This document shows, piece by piece, positions 40,578 through 55,335 of a DNA stretch of 64,000 bases (the first letter of the stretch is position 1; every line of letters begins with the position of its first letter). The notes under the pieces were generated by a model, which did not search any database, was not told the DNA's origin, and saw nothing but the letters and a program-made list of their open reading frames with translations. The position numbers were made by a program, and so were the translations under genes. Source of the stretch: Bugula neritina (taxonomy: Eukaryota; Animalia; Bryozoa); assembly GCA_964035545.1 (NCBI GenBank), contig OZ037766.1, positions 6,996,722-7,060,721 on the forward strand, written 5' to 3'.

Positions 40578-43500
40578 CGTGCGTGTGTGTGTGTGTGTGT
40601 GTATACAACTTATATTAGATAGTTAGGGCTTACATATTGTGAGTAATGCATGACACTTGTGTAGTCATAAGGTACATTCAAGTCTGTCACATCCATAACT
40701 GAGTACTTCATAAAATTATGCAACAAATTTGAGTAGATATTTTCTTTATGAATAGTGACGTAGTCATCTCTATCAGGTCTTGTCTGCTCGTGCTGGAATC
40801 CAATAGCATGAGCAATCTCATGTAGGATAACTCCTTTCTAGAAAATACCAATACATTTATTAACTTATGATTGGAAAATGACAGCAAGATTGTTGTTGTC
40901 ATGAAATCAGTTTATATTAAAGAAATCACAAAGATATGACTATATATGCAACTTTATACGAAGTAGACTGAGATTATCTGCATAAAGTTGCAAATAATGC
41001 CGTGAAGCTAAAAAGAGAAAATGGTTGAGATTGACTCGTTGTGATGAGGTGGTAGGAGTAGAAATATATGATTATATAGTAACTGAATTGATTAAGGTAG
41101 TGACACCACAGCTTTTAGTACAATAAAAAAGGTTTGCAACAACTTTAAACTTAATAATCTTTAGTCTTAAAGCCTCAAGCCTTTGCTGTGTTCAGTCGTG
41201 CATTGAAATAGTTAGGACAAATAATTCATCTCTTAGACCGTCTTTTTACAGCATCTCATACTATTGCTTAGTAGAGCATTTTTAAAATATAACAAGATAA
41301 TTTGGAGCTAATTTGATGAGCAAAGCAAAACATTACTCGGCCAAACTTCCCTCATGCAAAATTTAGATGTTTCAACAAAAAGCAAACCAGCTCATCAGCA
41401 TTAATTTTATTCACTCACAAAAATAGATGTTCCACAAGAACTCCAGAATAATGCGTCCTTTTAGATAAGTGATGTCTTACTTGTATTATAATTATGTGAC
41501 TTCCTAAAATTTATAATGAGTTATCTTCCCTTTATTTTACTAGCTATTGTATATAATTGCATCATTTTGGTTTGTAAAAGGGTTAAAGATTCAAGCATAT
41601 AACACAAACACTCAACTAAAAACTAATTTTGCTTTTCACGGCTCGCTAGAGTAAGTATAGAGGCAAGTAATAAACTTGAAATCTCGAAAACAAAAATATT
41701 AGCAAACAATTTTTTCTTCAGACATGCTTATGAGACATTAGAAGTTGACTCACATTGTAGTAACTTTAACATAAAAGAAGGAAATGTCCAAATTTAGGTG
41801 ATTATGAGTCAATTGATCATCATTCCAATGTTGTTTGCTTTGGTTTACAAAAAGTAGTATATAACATAATGTGCATATGCTATTCTAACTATGTATTCTA
41901 GTTATAACACTGTTATTTGAAACTTGTTTAAATCACTTGATGTTGTTGAAAGCATTGGCTGCAGAGTTTATTCTGGCAGACAAGCAGCCTCTATTATTCA
42001 GTTTAGTTCCTCAACCAGCAGGAACTTGCCTGACCTTATAATCAGATTTGATGATTCAACATGTAAAAAGACATATTACCAGATGCTTAATATGAACACA
42101 CAATAACTTATATCTTTAATGAAATACTAAAAAATTCGGTGAGATTAATATTTAAAAGCTGCTCTTTTTAATTATAAGTATTCCAAGAAATCTATAGCTA
42201 CATAGATACTAAAGATTTGGAGTCTCATCATCAAAAAATTTGGCAAAATGAGGCAAGGCATAGAAAAATTCTTCACGTTAAATTTTAAATTCAAATCCTA
42301 TGTGCTTAACCTACACAGAGATGAGACAACTCTGCAAATGCTACCAACATTATATTGTCACCTACTTGCAGCTATGCTAACATTTGGGCTTGCTAATAAA
42401 TTAAGTTGCTAAAGAAACTAATTGTGATGAATTGCTCAAGTTAATAGTTGAAAGAGAAAAATGAGTTTTGAGTTCAGTCTTATATTATTAATATCCACTT
42501 AGTGTTTGAGTTTCAACTGCTAAAATAATAATTAAAATCACTACTATATTCTTTCAACTTTGAGCCATCTAATTACTTAAATGCTTTTCAATAATAAAAT
42601 ATCACAGATCATCTTTTCAAGCCTTTTTCGAAACAATCGACTCTATTAAGCCTAAAATATTGCCGTGAATTTAATGGTATCCACATTTCAGAAATAAGAT
42701 TGTATACACGAGTCTCTGTTGAAATAATTATGATACTACTTCATAACATAATAGATAATATAAACACTCTTATCTATATAAATAGTATTACAACTATTTC
42801 AACCTTATTGCATTAACAAGTATAGTACACAATAAATAAACTGTTTAGGGTAAATTAACTGATTCTGACTCACCATTCGACAAATAGGAGCCAAGTTGAC
42901 AGATTGATTTCCTCCTTGCATACCAACGTACGAAGAACACCCGTCGCCATCTTGAAATTTGATATAATTCTTATCCCCAGCAATAGCTGGCACAAACCGA
43001 AGACAAGTATATTTGTGAAAGTCACCAATGGCTGACAAGATTTCCATTCTCTCTGTTGACGCTAAAATTATTCAATACAACATTGTACTTTGAAACCATG
43101 GAATTTATTTTTAATCATTGTTACACTTCAATACTTTCCATGGCTTTTAAATAATTTCATTTTCCATTATAGAACTTAAATGTGCGTACAGGTAAAAAAA
43201 TTCAAGCATTCATGATGAATGAGCAAACATTTAATTGCTTGTTACGATATGTATTGCAATATCTCAAACTTAATAAGTTTTGAACTCTTATAATACACTT
43301 CAGATGCACATTGACTTGGTGACTCTCAAGGGAGGTAGAAATCAGCTTACAGAACTGAGGAGAGATATAGTAGGGCACTTTAGCATCTGGCCATCTGTAG
43401 TCTTCTGATTTTATAGCTTTCCTCTTCTTTCTTGTGCTCGACGTAGTTGTGGTCTCTTCCAATACCATATCTTCCATATTCTAATAATCAATGAAAAGCA

Positions 43501-46150
43501 GGGCATGCAGCTGATTGCAAGCTATAAAAGTTATACACAAACTAAGTAGCCAATCAATTGAGAATAACATAAAATATAAACTCTTGAATAAATTTTAGCT
43601 TCATTTGCTGCAGATATATTCTTGAGTGGATGGCTGTACAGAACTAACAAATAGTTGATAAGCACAGTTCCTGGCTTCAGTTTGAATCAGCTTAAATAGT
43701 TTCTTTATACATTGAAGGAAGTTACCAAACAGTGTTTTTGTCCATATAACAGCAATCAAACAGTGAATCATGACAGCATGCTTCACAGATCAGAATTTTA
43801 TTGCAAACCAAGTTTATGACATATGACCTCCAAATGTATGTTCAGTACAATCTGAAGCCCTATTTATGTAGCCTTACAACAGTGTTTCAATAAATTCCAA
43901 GTAGAAACTGCAGGTGATTATTGTGTCATGATTTTAATGTCATCATAGTTCTGTTTTTCACTGCTTACAATACTGATGTAGGATATATTTCATAGATCGT
44001 TTATACTAGTATGGATATATAGTGTACGTTATATTTCATGGCATGCGAAAATTATTATTTTTCTTGAAAAAAATCTTTGATAAGCACGAGTTATGCTAAG
44101 CTGTAAACTAAGCATTTTATAACCAACTATACAGTATTAGGTAAGTATAACAGAATATTTGATCACTCTATCTCATAAATGATCAGTTATGGAAAATGCT
44201 AGAATAAAAACTCATACCTCTCTCATTTTCATGTAAGTCTCCATTTTGAACATCATGTCCAGCTCTAACATAACTGTATCTTCACTCTGCATTATTTCAA
44301 ACATCTTACCTGCAAAATATTTGCCTATCGTATTATTTCAAGCATTTCTTTTTAATACGATTTATTTGACTATATATACACTCAAGAGTCCATACTGCTC
44401 ACCAAGTAACAGTACAGTTAAGTGGATAAATTTTAATAGCTGAAGTTCGTTAATATTCTTAATAAATTTTAGTTTGGGGCAGAAGTTGAAACTGTTGCAA
44501 GAAAATAACTTCTTTTACTAGATTTCTATTCTAGAACAGTGACTCTTCTCTATTTCTGCATCTATACCTCTTATACTCATTCTTATAAATATAATGCTTC
44601 ATGCATTGAAAATATCCTGCAAAATATGACAGCAAGAAGTTCCCAAATTATTCATTGGAAGAATTAACTCCCCCCCCCTTTTTAATTACAGAATATTCGT
44701 ATGTGTGCCTAGAGACTAGTTAGAGTATATACATCTTTGCTTTTTCTCTACATGTAAAGTGCTATACATGTAGCATAATACCTTCACCTGTTTGTGACTA
44801 ATACTGTAAGTATAATTATAGCATATAGGCACACCTATGACTATTCTATGAGATAAGGGAGAGAGGGGGAGTGTTCTATGAGTGTATGGATTAATAATTA
44901 ATTTGGGACATTCTTGCCTTCATATATACACCAGATAGTATTCTCAATGTAATTATATTTACATTAACATTATTAGGAGAAATAAGTATAATGATGAAAG
45001 ATAAAAATACTAAATGATTTAGAATATAACAATGTGCACCTAAAACAGATAATGTTGCATGCATTGTTTGAATTATTAGCTAGTACACTTAAAGTGAAGT
45101 GCTCTGGAGTTGACATTATAATTTTTTACATTTTTGTAACATGAGAAGTTGCTACTAAATTTGGAGTAGTAGAGTGGTTTAAGCAACAGAGTGTGTTTAA
45201 CTGAAAACACAAGTGGGGTTGCTGTTATGTAATAAAGCTAGAATAAGCAACGAAAGTGACAAAAAACCTAAGCATCTTTTTATGAATAACAATTTTTTTT
45301 ACAGATGAGGTAGGTGCAGTGTAGTGAAATTAGCGCTACTTTGCTAAGCTATTTTAGCTATAATAAACCGTACTAAGAAAAGCTTTCTACAGCACAGCCA
45401 GTGCTAACTAAAAGACCTCTGGCACTTGTCAATAGTTGGTGCTAGTGGACTAGTGTAATTTTAAGAGAGCAAAATAATCTTGACGATGTCAATAAGATGT
45501 CAATAAGATGTCAATAAGATGTCAATAAGATGTCAATAAGATGTCAATAAGATGTCAATAAGATGTCAATAGAAGTCAATGAGATCAACCAATGTATATT
45601 AGAATAAAACATAATAAAGGACATCAGTGAAGAGTTAATGCCCAACTCAAAGCCTAGTTCACTACATGCAGTAATGGAAAAATTCAGAAAGCCTGCGTTC
45701 TAGATTAGAAATGTAGCATACCAAATAAACATCTATAAAAAAAATAAAACTATTGAAATTTCCAGTATTGCACCTTAAGTATTAGCTACACCATTGCCAA
45801 GCAGGAATTATACAGAAGAATTCACAAATATTAAGTTCTTTTGAGCCAAATAAACTTACTCATTGCTCTTTTAGACCCAGCATTAATGATTGCTTCATCC
45901 ATAGTCATGTGCTGTCCATTAACTACCATGCCGGAAGAACCGGCTAGCATACTCACCTGAAATAGTTGGACAACATTGATATGTAGAGTGAGGGTCACAA
46001 TATGCTAATCAGTCACCAATTATAACAGCAACAACAAGCTTTATCAAAAAAAGTCTCCCTAAACTTCCTTTTTAACTGATTGTCAGTGTTTAAAGAGAAT
46101 ACTAGTTTTTATCTCACCAATATGGTGCCTGTTAGGAGCAATCTATGCAT
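36303..46150 (-). CDS. Astacin (M12A) metalloprotease, EGF-like + 4 ShK domains, paralog C (527 aa, 12 exons)
   Basis: Exons 46150-46118, 45956-45860, 44309-44218, 43480-43351, 43061-42874, 40837-40634, 40199-40061, 39583-39473, 39021-38875, 38473-38300, 37046-36922, 36446-36303. Motifs: ELDMM, RKKR|[37 protein letters not shown], four ShK. Confidence 0.95.
37837..38290. mobile_element. Non-autonomous TTAA-flanked DNA transposon (Kolobok-like MITE)
   Basis: TIR agttgcgtttatacct / aggtataaacgcaact, with TTAA at 37837-37840 and 38287-38290 (the left TTAA overlaps the TIR by 1 nt). The interior is CpG-richer than the flanks. Confidence 0.7.
40307..40602. repeat. Compound (TG)n/(TGCG)n/(TTTG) microsatellite
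   Basis: Direct reading. Confidence 0.97.
45485..45571. repeat. 11-bp tandem repeat (GATGTCAATAA) x~8
   Basis: Direct reading; lies in intron 2 of astacin C. Confidence 0.95.
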
Positions 46151-48651
46151 TCTGTCAACTCTACTGCTTGGCTGCTGCTGATCAAACTGATGACATCAAG
46201 TTCAAGTTAGACTTTGCTGAATTCTACTCGTAGGTTACAAGCTTTATTAAACTTGGCTGTTTAACCTTTAACCTTTTACCCCCTATAGCAAAAGATATAA
46301 AGATTATGTCATGTAGACCACGTGACATCTTTGAATACTACAGTCAATAAAAATAGATCAAAAAAGACTTGTTTATGCCATCAACGTCTGCTGATCTGCT
46401 TAACCTCTCATCTTTATATCATTATGCTACTGGAATTCCAAGAAAGTTGAAACCAATATAGACTAATATCTAAATCTGGAACAATATGGGCTTTGGGACT
46501 AATTTTTAAACTTAGTGCAGAACACTAGCAACCTCTGACCACTAAGAGAGGACTAACAACCTATGGCTGTTGGACTGATCTTTGCCTTATGGTAGCTTTT
46601 AGTTAAATATAAAATAATTTATCACACAATGTCTCACAGCCTTTCACAAAAATGTATTTGTTTGTGGGTAGCTACTTCGAACATAGATACAACATAAACG
46701 AATCTATGCAACACTCACTCACCTTTTCTGATCAGTCAGTCAGGTGGAATTTCAAAACTTATAGTTATTATTTAAATTAGAAGTAAAAGATACTGCAAGA
46801 TTTCACATTTCTCAGCCAATCTGCCGTAACATCTATCTAATCTAATGTACTAAAATCTAGATACAGCTCTACTTACAGATGATCTGCGGATTGTTGAATG
46901 GATTACTAGCTTTATCCTGAAATAGCAGCTTTAGAAATCATTCAAATACCATACTGATCTGAAAGAGTTGATGTAACAACAAACCAATCCCTTCAACTAG
47001 GCTTTAATTGTAGCTACTTGCTGTTCGCTGGTATTCAAGTTTTAATGAAATGATTTGCCAGGCTGAAAAGTAGTTTACTAACTGGTGCATAAAGCTAACA
47101 ATTCCTTGGCAGTTACAAAGCTAATAAATCATTACCTCGGTCCTGAATGCGAACATCTCGCGGGCACAATGTGATCAAAGGGTTGGTGGTTAGAAGGTTG
47201 AATTTGATAGGCTTTCGGCTTCCTGCTATAGTGCTAATCATGGTTGTTATTGGACTATTTGGCAACAGATTATCTATAAGGGATTCATTTTTAGCCCTAA
47301 GTTAATCTATTCTTAATTATCTGCAAAACAAATACATTGTTGTTTGTGACAAGAGTCATCTCATCTCAAATTGCTCTGTCTCATCACGTGTAGCCTGTTT
47401 ATAGGGCTGCACTTTTATTTGATCTATTTAACGCTTATAATTACTATTTTAGCAAAAAATAATTAGTTATTTAAAACATCTTTAGAGGTTGACATAAAAG
47501 TTAAATCGTCGAAATGCAAGAAGAGTTTTTAGTAAGGCAAATAAACTCGTCATTGTAAAACTATAGTCTAATAAAAACAACTAAAAGCTAGCTCTGAACT
47601 TCTACACGGAAGCTAATTATTAGCTGTTAAAGTGGGTAGAAGGACGAGTCAAAACTGAAGCATAAAGAATGTTGCTAAACTGATTAGAGGTTTGTCAAAA
47701 CTATCAATCAAAAATTCACAGCAAGCATTTGCTATATTCCTCAAATGTAGCAGTTGTATGTGATTTTTTATCTATTTTCCATCAGCATTGAGATAAAACT
47801 CTCAATGATTGAATTGAAACTACAGAGTAGCACTGTATTAACTACTGTACTGCGTTAGAGGTGGGCGTACCAGGTCACTTTATGCCTTTCAAGTAAAAGA
47901 ATTTAATAATGTTGTAATAGGGCTGGTTATGTTAACTAAAATACATCAATTACAGGCCTGCTTATGAAACAGAGAGCTTTCTACGTTGAAACGCAGCATG
48001 AGTGGATTTACAAAAGCAATAGAATGACAACTCAACAAGCTAAAGTATTTAGAGCAATTATGAATGAGTTAGAACAGGTGCACTAATACCTACGTATTTC
48101 AACACAACTGCCAAAAGTTGTTGTAAGTGCCAACAATCTCAAGTTACGAGTGTGCATTGCTATATTTGAGGTAATACTATCGGAATAAGAATAAATGACA
48201 CAAACATCTGATTGAATACCAAATGGTATATTTATTTTTACAACAAGTATGACCTGAGTTGTTACTAGGAAATAAATCTAACCAAGTATGACGTGGCAGT
48301 TATCTAAATAATTAACTATGTCATAGAAACTAATAAAAGGTATATGATGAATGGGTAACCTACTTTTCGAAACTCTAGAAATCCAAGGTAGAATCTAGTT
48401 TGAAATCAAAAGTAATATAATTTCAAAAAGTAGTTAAGGGTTTATAGCTTACTAAAAGCTCAAATTCTGCCATGTCTTAGAATTGACATAACATTATGAA
48501 GTAGAAGGTTGTTTTGTCGGTAATGTGATGGTGCCTGCATGTTTTTTTGTATATTACCTTTTTTAGCTTCAAATCAAAATTAAAAGTTTAGGTTTAAGCG
48601 TAAGTGCATAGTGGAGTAAGTAAACTGAATACTGTTATTGCATGGTATGTC

Positions 48652-48654
<3 letters not shown>

Positions 48655-48717
<63 letters not shown>
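48655..48717. repeat. (TA)n microsatellite
   Basis: Direct reading. Confidence 0.97.
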
Positions 48718-48718
<1 letters not shown>

Positions 48719-49405
48719 CTAAAATATAACAAAAGTAATCAGAGAAGTACCAAAAAATTCAAATATATAATTGATGGCTGTGCCTAAAATATTATATGCA
48801 TTAAACAACCAATCTAAACAAACTTTCAAGTTGAAGAAAAAAAATTTTAGTTTTCACTGCAGTTTTCACAAATTGTCAATTTATGAATATTTCAATTTCA
48901 CACCAAAACAGTAGCAATTGTCCCTCACATGCAAAGCACTAAGAAATATAAGTAACTAGCTATTTTCTTTTTATCGACACCAGATTTTCTGAGCATTTAT
49001 TAAGGTTAATCAATTTTGTTATTTTAAATAAACTTTTGATTGTTTAGCATATAATATTTTACATATTAATAAACATCAGATCTCCCTGTTCACTGCCTGC
49101 TACAGTTTAATCGCAATGCTATTATATAATGGTAGCCCTATCAAATGGTTATAGCTTGAACTTGTGTGTAAACTCTGGAAATATGAGGTTCATTGAGGGA
49201 AAAATCCTAATTATAGAGTGCTCTTTGTATTCACTTGTTTTAGCTCTAGTGTAGCAATGTAAGAGGTAAGTGTATGCAAAAGTATTTGCTTATTTTTATT
49301 TTTTGTAACAATGTTATCCAGGTATGTTTAGTTGTTGCATGTTACTGAGTTCATCACATTGCAGTGACACAAACCTAAGGTTAAATATCCGTAGTAGATA
49401 TCATA

Positions 49406-50686
49406 GGGGTAAGGGGGGGGGGAATTTTGCATTTGTTGCTCTCCTTCGTCTGTTTTTCAAGTTACTAGTTCAATAATCTCTAGTCTTAATGCTGCATCTG
49501 TTGTCTATTACAAGTATCAGTTTGTTGTTTCTATCTCTCTCACAACTTTCAGAATAATCAAATTTTCATGACGAAAAAATTGGCCCATTGTACCCCGGTA
49601 CAGGGGTACAATGGGCCACTGGGTGGGACACAACAAATATATTGAAATTTTGCGTATTTTGTTACATCTGATCTTTATTTATTTAATGTTACAAATAAAT
49701 AAAGATACTCTTTCAGTTCTACGGCAAAATTCATGTTTTAGCTGTACAGTTTGTGCCACTACGGATATTAGAGGAAGGCAAAATAAAACGCACGTCACTT
49801 GGTTCTGCAGTGCCATTATCATTACTGTTTAGAACTAAAAATATTCTGTTTCTTTTACTTCAGAGGAACGTTTACTAAAAAATAACTTTAGTAACATGTA
49901 CTACAAAATTCCGAGTGGACTTTTTTCTATGAACTGTAGTTAAGGTGCATGCATGGCTAAGGTACTAGAGTACGGAAGGGAGAGGGGGGAGCAAATGAGC
50001 AAATCACAATTTATTTCAGTCAAATACATGTATATTCCTTCAATGGTGTAATATATAATGATTATCATGACTATCTACTAGTAGCAACAGCAGAGTGTTT
50101 TGTATTATGTATAAAATGGCAAAGCTTTAACCTCACCAGATGTATATATTAGAGGAGCTTCAACTTGTAATTTTGTAGTCTTACCATGATGTCTTTGATA
50201 TTTTACAAAAAGGTCAGAAATAGCTATATCTATAGATTTTAGTAACATTTCAACCAACTTTTTGGGCAGACAAACCAATAACAGTGATCAGGGTGCAATA
50301 ATCAGGTGGCCCATTGTACCCCGTGTGGCCAAATTGAAAATAAATGTGCCTCAAGGAAAATTTATTTCAGTGTTTACCGTTATACTAGTTAAGCAATGTA
50401 GAGACAAGCAATGGCAACAATATTAGTAAAATATAGGGTTCTTGCCTTTGAGTATAAAAAGTTATAAAGCTTTAATGACATCCTAAAAAATTTACAAAAA
50501 GTAGGTAAAAACAGTTTTTTACTCGCCTTTTCAACACGTATGTTCCGCAAGTGTTGAAACTACAAAGGCTGAATAATTATGTCAATATCTTTTTATGAAA
50601 AAAAATCATAACTTTAAGTCAATAAGTTCTCTCACAATTTGGCTGGCTTTTTGTACCCCTATGACCGTTGTGCCCCCCCTTACCCC
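49406..50686. mobile_element. Non-autonomous TA-targeting (pogo/Tc1-mariner superfamily) element
   Basis: 14-bp TIR GGGGTAAGGGGGGG / CCCCCCCTTACCCC with TA on both sides, and repeated internal GGCCCATTGTACCCC motifs in both orientations (~49582, ~49603, ~50308). No transposase ORF seen. Confidence 0.75.
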
Positions 50687-51359
50687 TATTATGTAAAGTT
50701 TTTTCTTGCACTAGACTTGCTTGGAGACTGCACTTCACCTGGGCTGGGGTTTGTGCCCGTTCCGCCACTGGTTTTGATTACTAACTCAATTTCAAAGTTA
50801 GCTTGACTCAGCTGTATAGCTAGCTACTGTTAACTATTATAGCTATTTATAATTATTTATAGCAAGCAAGTAAATGAAAATTAGTAGTCAGTATCTTACT
50901 CAGAACACAACCACAAGGTTCCACGGTTGTTTGGTTGGTTATATAAGGAAGGTTAGTCTGTTATATAATAAAAATAAAGAAGAAATACAACTCGTGAGCC
51001 GCTCAGAGCGTTTTAATTTAAATTTTTACAACAGTGATAAAAATAATTAGTCACTAATTATTCCAGAAAGAAAAATACAAAATCTATAAAAATATTCAAT
51101 CTGAAGAAGTGATAATACTAAATACTTGAGACTATCTCCCATGCAAGTTTAAGAAAGTAACTATATAGCTGGTATATATTCCTTAAGATAAAATATAGTC
51201 TTTGCAAACTTTAACTGAGCATAGTAGATTGTCACCATATGCACAGCTTGCACTCAAGGTATTGTCTACCTGCATGATTGGTATTAGTACATGTGTTCAA
51301 AGTTGTTGAGTGCTTCAGAACTTCTGTCTCAGTGTACAATGCAAATGAGTTAATGCCAC

Positions 51360-51700
51360 ACCAGATTTGTCACAAGAGGTCATTGTTGATCTGCACAGAG
51401 TAAGCTCTTCCAGTTAGTTGATTATTAACTTTAACATCTCACCATTTCTTTCTCGCTGCAGTGCCAGTCTCATACCAGAAGTAGTTGGCCCCCTTACAGC
51501 ACTGTCAAATCTTTGCTATTATAATTATTATATTTTTGTTGCAGTCTGACACCATTTCTCAGCCAGCATTGTTATTAACTTTTGAAAAGATCTGTGATAG
51601 GACCGATCTGATTGGTTGTTCCAATGAGCTGCTAATTAGGACCGGCTGCCAGGTTGTCTTTGGTAGTGTTTCTGTAATAACATTAATAAAGTTTGTCTTT
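51360..51700 (-). mobile_element. Decayed Ty3/gypsy integrase C-terminal relic
   Basis: Frameshifted, stop-containing YYRNTTKDNLAAGPN*QLIG/QPIRSVL...QKYNNYNSKDLTVL*GGQLLLV*DW...KW*DVKV...GRAYSVQ matches the gypsy pattern YRNTP..SPAQ.L.GR.IR...KDL..L..G..V.VRD..W..G.V..RSY.V. Confidence 0.55.
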
Positions 51701-54700
51701 ATCTATATGTGCAGTACTGTAGAAGGGCAATCCCACTGTTTTGGTAAAAATCAATATTAATGTTGGTGAATCAATCAATCTATTAAATATTGCACTATGA
51801 ATAGTTAGCAAATAATGCAACAGTGGCTATAAAGAAAGATTATTATATCATATATTTTATGTAACAGCAAAACAACATGATGAACAATATAAGAAATACA
51901 ACAGTTCTTGAAATTAGATGGCAATACTTACAATAAATGCGGAGGTCGAGTAACAAACTGACATAATACTTCCATACTGCTTTATTTTATCAACAACAAT
52001 CAAGTTATTACTATAACATAATAGCTTGTAAAAATGATGCAAACAAGATAGAGATTTAGACATTGCCCATTTCACCATCACTTAACGGAAAACTATATGC
52101 ATATATGTATATAGTTTTGAAATATTATTGAAATTCTGTATGTTACATCTATCTAATTTAAAAGTATATAGTTATAGTATATATATACCTATAACCTTAA
52201 AAAATATTCATTCAAAAAATATTGTTTTCACCTGATCTGTTTATAAATACATGCATGTAAAGCAATATCATAGCTATAGCCATAGTTTTTAGTAACATAT
52301 TCACTTTCCTGCATTACCGTATGTATTAAGTTTTTCTCAACAATCATCATCCTGCAATTTAATATATCTATATAGAAATATATGAATATTATTTTAACAA
52401 TTTAGCTAATTCTAGAAGAGCTTCAAAAGCTCTTATTTCCAAATAAAACAAAATTAACCAAAGATTTCTTTTGCAAATATCAATAATTTTTGAAACCTGC
52501 ATGTGAAACAAACTAAACTTCACTTTTATGCTTTTCAGTTTAGAAAAAAATATTCATGATAACAATCATTCTAGTAACTAGTAATTTACTAGCTTTACTA
52601 GTTAGGAATTTATGAGTTATGCGACATTAGTCAAACAATGAGAAAGACATCATGTCATGACTCTGTGTAGTTTAATTTGCTCTGCCTCAGAATACGGATG
52701 CTTCTATAGTCACCATTTTTTCATATTGTCAGGTGGTATACAAATTAAAGCTATAAAAACCTTTGTGTACTCGAAAGTAGATTTAAGCATTTTTGGGCTG
52801 AAAAATTAACTTTAATGATGACAATAATAAGTTATGATTATAATAATGATTATTATGTATAAGGAACGAAGTTGGTTGAATAGATTATAAAGCCTACTGC
52901 ACCTAGCATGAAATATACTGCGATAAGTTGAGATTTTTCAAAAATTTCAAATGTTGTTGGTTGCACTAAGAAAAACATATAAAAAGTATGTTTAGTAAAA
53001 AATCTTCTGTGGTCTTTTGGAAGTGAATATTCCAACTATAATAAAATATGACTCAGTTAATCATGCAATACTATAGGTTGACCATATTGAAGCTAATTGT
53101 AAAACATATTTAGATGATGTTTTAAATTGGTAAAGATAAAAGATGAAGACTAGGAAGAAAAGATTATCATTGAAAGTGCATACAGAGTTAATAAGAAAGC
53201 ACTTATTGAGATGAAGACAAGAGATGAAAGTAAAATGGAAGAGCTCTAATAAATATCCAACTTAATTGACTCGTGAATGGGAGATCAATTATATCTGAGT
53301 CAGTAAATTGGAAAAAAACCGCTAAAGAAGAAACAGCAGAGACATGCAGAAAAATGTGTTGATGAAGCTTTGACTTAAATAAGTCAACTCAAAAAGAAGA
53401 TACTGAAGATAGAATATCAAGATGACAATATTTGAGAGATAGAAGATGAGCCGGTTAAGAGAGAAGAGCTCAAGAAAGAAGAAAGTGATAAGATATATGC
53501 AAAGCGAGGAGCTAATAAAGCTGGAAAGATTCATGCAGCATTTGGAAAAAATTTTAAACATAGAGAAAGGTGAATTGGTGAAAGTGAAAGATAAGACAAA
53601 AGATAAAATATTACCAACAACACCAGAGAGTACCAAGGAGGTTGTTGGTAAAAAACCTATTGAGTGAGATAAGAGAAAGGAATATTGAAACGACATTTTT
53701 GTCAATGAAAGTGGAGTAAAATTAGAAGATAAACCAGCAGAGAATAAGGAGAAATTCCGACTGCAGCTACTTTACAAAAATGTTAGATACTTGCATAATG
53801 CCATGCCTAATTGTTTAGCATCAAGAAATATTAAGAATTATTTTTTCCTTGCCCTATGCTAACAGACTAAATCCCTCTTTTTTGTGTCTCAAAACAAATA
53901 TTTTTAGTGAAATTTATAAAATCGTTTTTTGATTTTGTACCTTAGTTTCTGATGAAGTATATTATAACAAGTTTTCAGTTCAATCTTATTTTCCTGCTTA
54001 GCATACATGACTATATAATCAAACTAATATGAGTACTGCTCATTCATATAAAAGAAGTGTGTATTGTAATTGTGACATGCAATTTTTACTTATTATATGC
54101 AATTATTATTATGCAAGTTATACTAGTATATAAAATGTCTAAAAATATGCAAGTTCTATTTGCTTAGATGAATATATGTGCATGTAAATATTTATTATGT
54201 TGTATGAAAGAGTTACACTGTCTTCTTAAGTGAGAGATAATCTGTCCATCAGCTGTGCCATGAAATAAATATGAGGAGCAGATTAATTTTTTTATGATGC
54301 AAATGTCCTATAAAGATTACATTAAGTAAATCTTAAGTGTGTAACAAAACAGAAAGAAAATATTATAATTGAAAGTGCTAGCAAAGTTAATAAAAGAGTA
54401 CTTATCGAGATGAAGCCAAGAGATGAAAATAAAATGAAAGAGCTCTAATAAATATTCAACTTAATTGACCCGTGAATGGGAGATCAATTATATATCCAAG
54501 TTGGATAATTTGAGAAAACCTGCTAAAGAAAAAACACGAGAGACAAAAAGATGTGTTGATGAAGTTTTGACTCCAACAAGTCAATTCCAAAAGAAAAGAC
54601 TGAAGATAGAATATCAAGAGGACAGTATTTGAGAGATAAAAGATGAGCCAGTTGAGAACAAAGAGTGCAAGAAAAGAGAAAGTGATGAAATTTATGCAAA

Positions 54701-55143
54701 GGGAGGAGCTAGTAAAGCTGGAAAGATTCATGCAGCATTTGGAAAAAGTTTTAAACATAGAAAAAGGTGAATTGGTGAATGTGGAATATGAGAAAAAAGA
54801 TAAAGTATCGTACAACAACACTAGAGAGTATAAAGGAAACTGTTGAAAAATATAACTCTTTGGATAAGAAAAGGAAAAAAAGGGAATAGAATGACATTCT
54901 TGTCAATGAAAATAGAGCAAAATTAGAAGATGGACCTGCAGAGAATAGAGAGACATTCCCACTGGAAAATGATAACACAGCTTTGGAAGGAGTCAGTAAA
55001 GAATCACAGAACAAGCAATATAGGTTACATAATTCTAACAGACTAGATGAAGACAACAATATATAATTTTATATAATAATGGTGTCTTGTTTCATAAAAT
55101 ATTAAATACTTATATAATAACTCATCCAAGTTTATTATAGTCA

Positions 55144-55335
55144 CCATCCCTGTGAGAAACCCAAGACGGAAAGGGTTTTTTTTTGTTAAAACAGGCTAAG
55201 GACTAATTTAAATAGGTACAGGAGCAATTATGACTGGATGCTCTTCCTAATATCACCAATGGCCTTTGTTTGGGTTTGAACCCATGACCTTGTGTCTACT
55301 AGGCAAACGCTTTAAACCCTAGACCACAGCTTCTC
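55144..55335 (-). mobile_element. tRNA-derived SINE (same family as 14282)
   Basis: A/B boxes and shared body; absent from array copies 1 and 5. Confidence 0.8.
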
